From: an uncultured virus (IMG/VR IMGVR_UViG_3300027832_000011)
Taxonomy: Duplodnaviria; Heunggongvirae; Uroviricota; Caudoviricetes
Strand: one strand, 5' to 3'
Virus record (IMG/VR): IMGVR_UViG_3300027832_000011
Span: 1-64,000 of that record
Length of the DNA: 64,000 nucleotides
Part shown: one piece after another, positions 58,929 to 64,000 of the stretch
Numbering within the stretch: position 1 is the stretch's first letter
Layout: each line of letters starts with the position of its first letter
Program-made: the position numbers and the translations under genes
Notes under the pieces: model-generated
Told to the model about the DNA's origin: nothing
Databases searched by the model: none
The model's input: only the letters and a program-made list of their open reading frames with translations

Positions 58929-61900
58929 TAGTAAATTGTTATTTCATTTGATTCACACCCATCCCTATGACTCACAAGGTATGCTTTATCACCAGCGGTT
59001 AGACCATTCGGTGGGAATGAATATACCCGTAGGAAAGAATTAGTGTCAAAATTATATACAATACCTATCGTAAACTCATAGAGTTTAACACTTGAACCGA
59101 CCTTAAATACATCAAATTTCTCGCCATCCCCAAACCCATTAAGTTGCCCAGCACGGGGTGAGGTAATACTGATTCTCCTCTTATCTATAATAAAATTTGA
59201 TTGTTCATTAGTTGCTATAGTTTCAAAATTAGATTCATCGAAATTTAACCCATTACCACCATACACACCATACCCACTAACCGAATTTGGTATGAATTTG
59301 TGGAAAGCATGTCCCATTCCGCTTAGAACCCCACCAGGAAAATAACTATATCTGAAATAATAATCTATATGTTGATTACTTAAATCATGTACAGAATTTT
59401 GAGCATTTAAAAAGTTAGCTAATGCATTACTTGACATAATAGAAATTCGAGATGGTAGAGTTATTACCTTAATCTCATAAAACCTAATTTTTAAAGCTGT
59501 TGGCATTACTATAGCTCCAGAACCAGTAACCACTTGACCAAATAAATCTGTTATAGTGATAGAAAAGGTGCCACTAGGTAACGAAAGATGGTTCATTAAT
59601 GTTGATGAATATGTTTCAGTACCACCGCTTTCATTCACAAAAGTTGGTCCAACAGTTTGTACTAAATATGGTGGTATCCCACCGTTTATTCGAATATTAA
59701 TTTCGGCATCATTATCATAATCAGGTGCGTAACATTCTGGCGATGTAAATGTTATGGTGGTCTCTAATTTAGGCGGTTTTAATATCTCAAAAACACTGTT
59801 ATAAGTCAAAGGTACGTTACTAGTATCAACGACTGTTAAGGTATATGTACCACTCGCCAACCCAGTAAATGTGAAATTGGGTATTGGGTTATTAACTGTT
59901 TGTGTAGTTGGGTTATTTGTTGGGCCCACTATTGTTACAAAATAATTACCATTACCACCAATAATCGAACTTAAAGTTAATGTACCATCACTACTTAATG
60001 GGGTTCTAGTGGTATTTACCACGATTTCAACCTTAATTGGTTTTGGTTGGCTAACTATAAACGTCTTTTTAACAACACTACCATTATCATCGGTAACGCT
60101 AACGGTGTACTCACCAGCGGTTAAATTAGATACCCCCTCAGTAATCTCACCATTACTCCAAAGATATGTGAATGGTTCGAAACCATCGATTATTGAGATA
60201 TTTATACTACCATCATTACCACCTAAATACGTTACATCACTAATCACACCCTCAATTATAAACTCATCTTCCACTACTTGTTCACAACTAGTAAAATATT
60301 TAGCGTTCATCTTATCAATAGCGCTATTATTTGGTGCTGTACCAAAATACATATAGAACGAATTACCCCTAGCTTGCTTTACAGTTCTTTTACCAAAATC
60401 TCTATAATTTTTATAATGTGAACCATTAAAACCACTATTTAAACCTGTAGTCGTTAAAGATAAAGTATTTGAATTTGAGACAATTAAACAATCCCTAACA
60501 AATTGGTTATCAATGTCTTCATCACCAATACTATTATTTTTAGAAACACCATTAGGTTCATCATTTCTATCTTCATCTAGACCAACACCAATCTCACATA
60601 ACCTTCTTATATTACTCATCTGATTATCACTAGCATTAAGCTTAGTACATGAAAATGTAAATAACAGGCCTCTATTGGGATTACTATCAGCCAATTTAGA
60701 TACATTAGGTTCATCTGTATTAGTTAATGGTGGTATCTTATATGATGTAGGTAGTAAGTATTCGTGAAAACTAGGTTTACCTTCCCAATCACATTTATTA
60801 ATAGCACCTAAGCAAGTTATATCGGTTGCGTATAAAATGTAATCTCTATCCTTATCATATGGGGCGTAAAATAATTCACCCTTAAAACTTTTAATGAACC
60901 CCTTATATATTTTTTCACTAGCGTGGTTTTTTAAATTACCATTAATTAAAGTGTCAACAATGTAACTATCCTCACTTACATCAACACTACAGAATTTCTC
61001 ATTATTCTTCTTTTTTTTATATTTTAATAAAAATGAAAATAATGTACCGTTAACCCAATCATTATAAAAATCAAACTCAAAAATATTTAAAGCTGAAGCA
61101 AGTTGAATTTTATAACACTCTTCTAAAGCATCTTTTGATGTACTTTTAGTACCATCAGGTTTTGCACGACTACCGCTACAACCTGGTGCGTACTTAACAC
61201 CATCACAATCTAAAGCTACACACCTAACACGCCCAAACAACCTAACTCTAGTGATAAGACTAAAAGCTCTGTTTGCTAACTCTAAAATCATTAAAATAAT
61301 ACCCACTATTAAACATATTATTAAGAATAATGGGTTGAAATCACCATCTAACTTATTAAATGGGAATGGGTTTTTATTACCAACACAATCATCAACATCT
61401 TTAACCCCAATCATTCTTCTGTTATCAGCACAACCACCTGAACAAGCAGATTGTATTCTAGTTATATGGTTTCTAACTGTGTATATTTTATTCCAAGATA
61501 AATCAGTAAAGTTATTACTTTTAGTGTCACTATTAAAATTATAATCAATATCATCAGCAGTTTTTGGGTTATGAGGGACTAAAAACTTAGCTCTACTTCT
61601 AATTCTACCTTCGCCACCAGTATCATCCATACCGATTTTAAATCTAACTTTAGCCCTAGTTGGTACACCTTTATTGGTGTCCTCACTAGGAATAAGTTCA
61701 CCAAATTCATCGGTAACAACATAATCTAAGTTCATAGGTATTTGGTAAGCCCAAGCACCGAACTCGTCAATTAAATTACCACCAGAAACATCAAATTTTT
61801 GAGTATTACCATCAATATCTTTCCTAATCATATTAATAGTACCCGAAGCGGATACCGTCTCACATAATTTACCCAAATCTTTTCTAGGTCTACAATTTTT

Positions 61901-62692
61901 ATTAAGTGAATTTTTCTCATTATCACCGAAAATACTACCGACAAATATTGCTGATGGTACTAAATTATAATTTAAATCCATATCAATTCTAGTTATACCA
62001 ATCTCACCCTCTTCACCCCAAAATGGTATTATATTGACACCTGCTTTTTGGTTTTTAAGTTGAGTTAGGGAATTTAGATTTTTACTACCTAGAAACACGG
62101 TAGATGATTTGAATAAATTTTCTGGGTTACCTTGTTCGATAAAATCATAAGGTTTTTGTGAGAATTGACCAATATCCGATAAATCAACATCAATATTTAT
62201 AATGTGATTACCAACTGGTACACCAAATAACATAAAATCACCAGCGTTATTAGTTGTTGTCGTGAATTTATAGTACTTGTCATACACCTCAAAAATAATA
62301 TTATTATCAAGTACCTCTCTCTTTTTTGGGAACGTACCTACTGGTGTGTGACAATCACCTTGATAGTCTTTTGGTAGAAGATTATACCTAACACCATCAA
62401 AATCTTCATCATTAGCCGTGTTAAATGGATATAAACTTTTAACCTCTTCCGAGTCAGAATCATTTAAAGGTATAAATAAGGATACTTTAGCGTTAGGTAC
62501 ACCCAAACCATTGTTTACGATAACTCTACCAACTACAACACCGTAATCAGAGTTAAAACGCCTATAAACATCTTCTTGGGATAACTTTAATGATAATATC
62601 TCAAGAAAATCGAAATCTTGTTCCAAATTAACCTTTAGATATTTATCAACACCTACATCCGTTTTTATCCTAATATTACTCATCGTCATCAA
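58928..62692 (-). CDS. large virion/tail protein with SprB-like repeats
   Basis: 1254 aa; N-terminal GVVVGRV..N.G.GVPNAKVS; DGSI.....G..PFTYLWSNG......NL.AG.Y.V.VTD repeats; internal hydrophobic helix. Confidence 0.7.
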   Translation of the reverse strand: MMTMSNIRIKTDVGVDKYLKVNLEQDFDFLEILSLKLSQEDVYRRFNSDYGVVVGRVIVNNGLGVPNAKVSLFIPLNDSDSEEVKSLYPFNTANDEDFDGVRYNLLPKDYQGDCHTPVGTFPKKREVLDNNIIFEVYDKYYKFTTTTNNAGDFMLFGVPVGNHIINIDVDLSDIGQFSQKPYDFIEQGNPENLFKSSTVFLGSKNLNSLTQLKNQKAGVNIIPFWGEEGEIGITRIDMDLNYNLVPSAIFVGSIFGDNEKNSLNKNCRPRKDLGKLCETVSASGTINMIRKDIDGNTQKFDVSGGNLIDEFGAWAYQIPMNLDYVVTDEFGELIPSEDTNKGVPTRAKVRFKIGMDDTGGEGRIRSRAKFLVPHNPKTADDIDYNFNSDTKSNNFTDLSWNKIYTVRNHITRIQSACSGGCADNRRMIGVKDVDDCVGNKNPFPFNKLDGDFNPLFLIICLIVGIILMILELANRAFSLITRVRLFGRVRCVALDCDGVKYAPGCSGSRAKPDGTKSTSKDALEECYKIQLASALNIFEFDFYNDWVNGTLFSFLLKYKKKKNNEKFCSVDVSEDSYIVDTLINGNLKNHASEKIYKGFIKSFKGELFYAPYDKDRDYILYATDITCLGAINKCDWEGKPSFHEYLLPTSYKIPPLTNTDEPNVSKLADSNPNRGLLFTFSCTKLNASDNQMSNIRRLCEIGVGLDEDRNDEPNGVSKNNSIGDEDIDNQFVRDCLIVSNSNTLSLTTTGLNSGFNGSHYKNYRDFGKRTVKQARGNSFYMYFGTAPNNSAIDKMNAKYFTSCEQVVEDEFIIEGVISDVTYLGGNDGSINISIIDGFEPFTYLWSNGEITEGVSNLTAGEYTVSVTDDNGSVVKKTFIVSQPKPIKVEIVVNTTRTPLSSDGTLTLSSIIGGNGNYFVTIVGPTNNPTTQTVNNPIPNFTFTGLASGTYTLTVVDTSNVPLTYNSVFEILKPPKLETTITFTSPECYAPDYDNDAEINIRINGGIPPYLVQTVGPTFVNESGGTETYSSTLMNHLSLPSGTFSITITDLFGQVVTGSGAIVMPTALKIRFYEIKVITLPSRISIMSSNALANFLNAQNSVHDLSNQHIDYYFRYSYFPGGVLSGMGHAFHKFIPNSVSGYGVYGGNGLNFDESNFETIATNEQSNFIIDKRRISITSPRAGQLNGFGDGEKFDVFKVGSSVKLYEFTIGIVYNFDTNSFLRVYSFPPNGLTAGDKAYLVSHRDGCESNEITIY

Positions 62693-63005
62693 CCATTTGA
62701 TAATCCATTAACTCGTAGTTATCTACATTGTCAATATCAATATCCTCAATTTCATTATCATCATTTAAATTTTCTTTATCTTTATTTTTATTAATAATTT
62801 TATATAAAAAAATCATGGAAGGTATGATGGTGTTATTCTTATTAAGAATAAAACTATTAAATATAAAATAGACCCCAATTAACCAAAAAAATGGTGTTAA
62901 TATAGTTAGCAAAAATAAGGTAACAATAAAAACAATAACTCTACTTAATATACTTTCTTTTTCACCATCCAATGGTGAATCCACATTACTTTTACAACAA
63001 CTCAT
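62676..63005 (-). CDS. small membrane protein
   Basis: MSCCK start, long hydrophobic stretch, acidic tail. Confidence 0.65.
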   Translation of the reverse strand: MSCCKSNVDSPLDGEKESILSRVIVFIVTLFLLTILTPFFWLIGVYFIFNSFILNKNNTIIPSMIFLYKIINKNKDKENLNDDNEIEDIDIDNVDNYELMDYQMVDDDE

Positions 63006-63011
63006 AACTTT

Positions 63012-64000
<989 letters not shown>

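Noticed and set aside
306..61544. Numerous short + strand ORFs overlapping minus-strand genes (for example 17568-18107, 19935-20417, 24294-24737, 34608-35039)
   Set aside because: Antisense shadows of well-supported genes with no motifs of their own.

Overview
AT-rich, almost entirely minus-strand segment of a large (jumbo-type) tailed bacteriophage, probably infecting Bacteroidota (many TAnnTTTG -7 promoter boxes, an RpoD-type sigma, SprB-like repeats). Layout: (1) 1-13.3 kb, an array of short genes separated by attC-like hairpins. At least 11 units are bounded by their own unit-specific GTT...AAC inverted repeat, the hallmark of integron-type gene cassettes. The array is intact on the left, decays to the right, and carries several DNA methyltransferase-family genes; no integrase is in the window. 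(2) 13.5-27 kb, accessory and host-takeover genes: macrodomain, tmRNA next to ClpP, DnaJ, GIY-YIG, RNase HII. (3) 27-34 kb, probable virion and lysis genes plus a sigma factor. (4) 34.5-43 kb, recombination and replication: SbcC/gp46 encoded in two genes joined by an atypically split intein, SbcD/gp47, a PD-(D/E)xK exonuclease with a Gly-initiated class-3-type intein, primase, RuvC-like resolvase. (5) 43-64 kb, tail/baseplate structural module. All calls come from motif recognition by eye; no searches were run.
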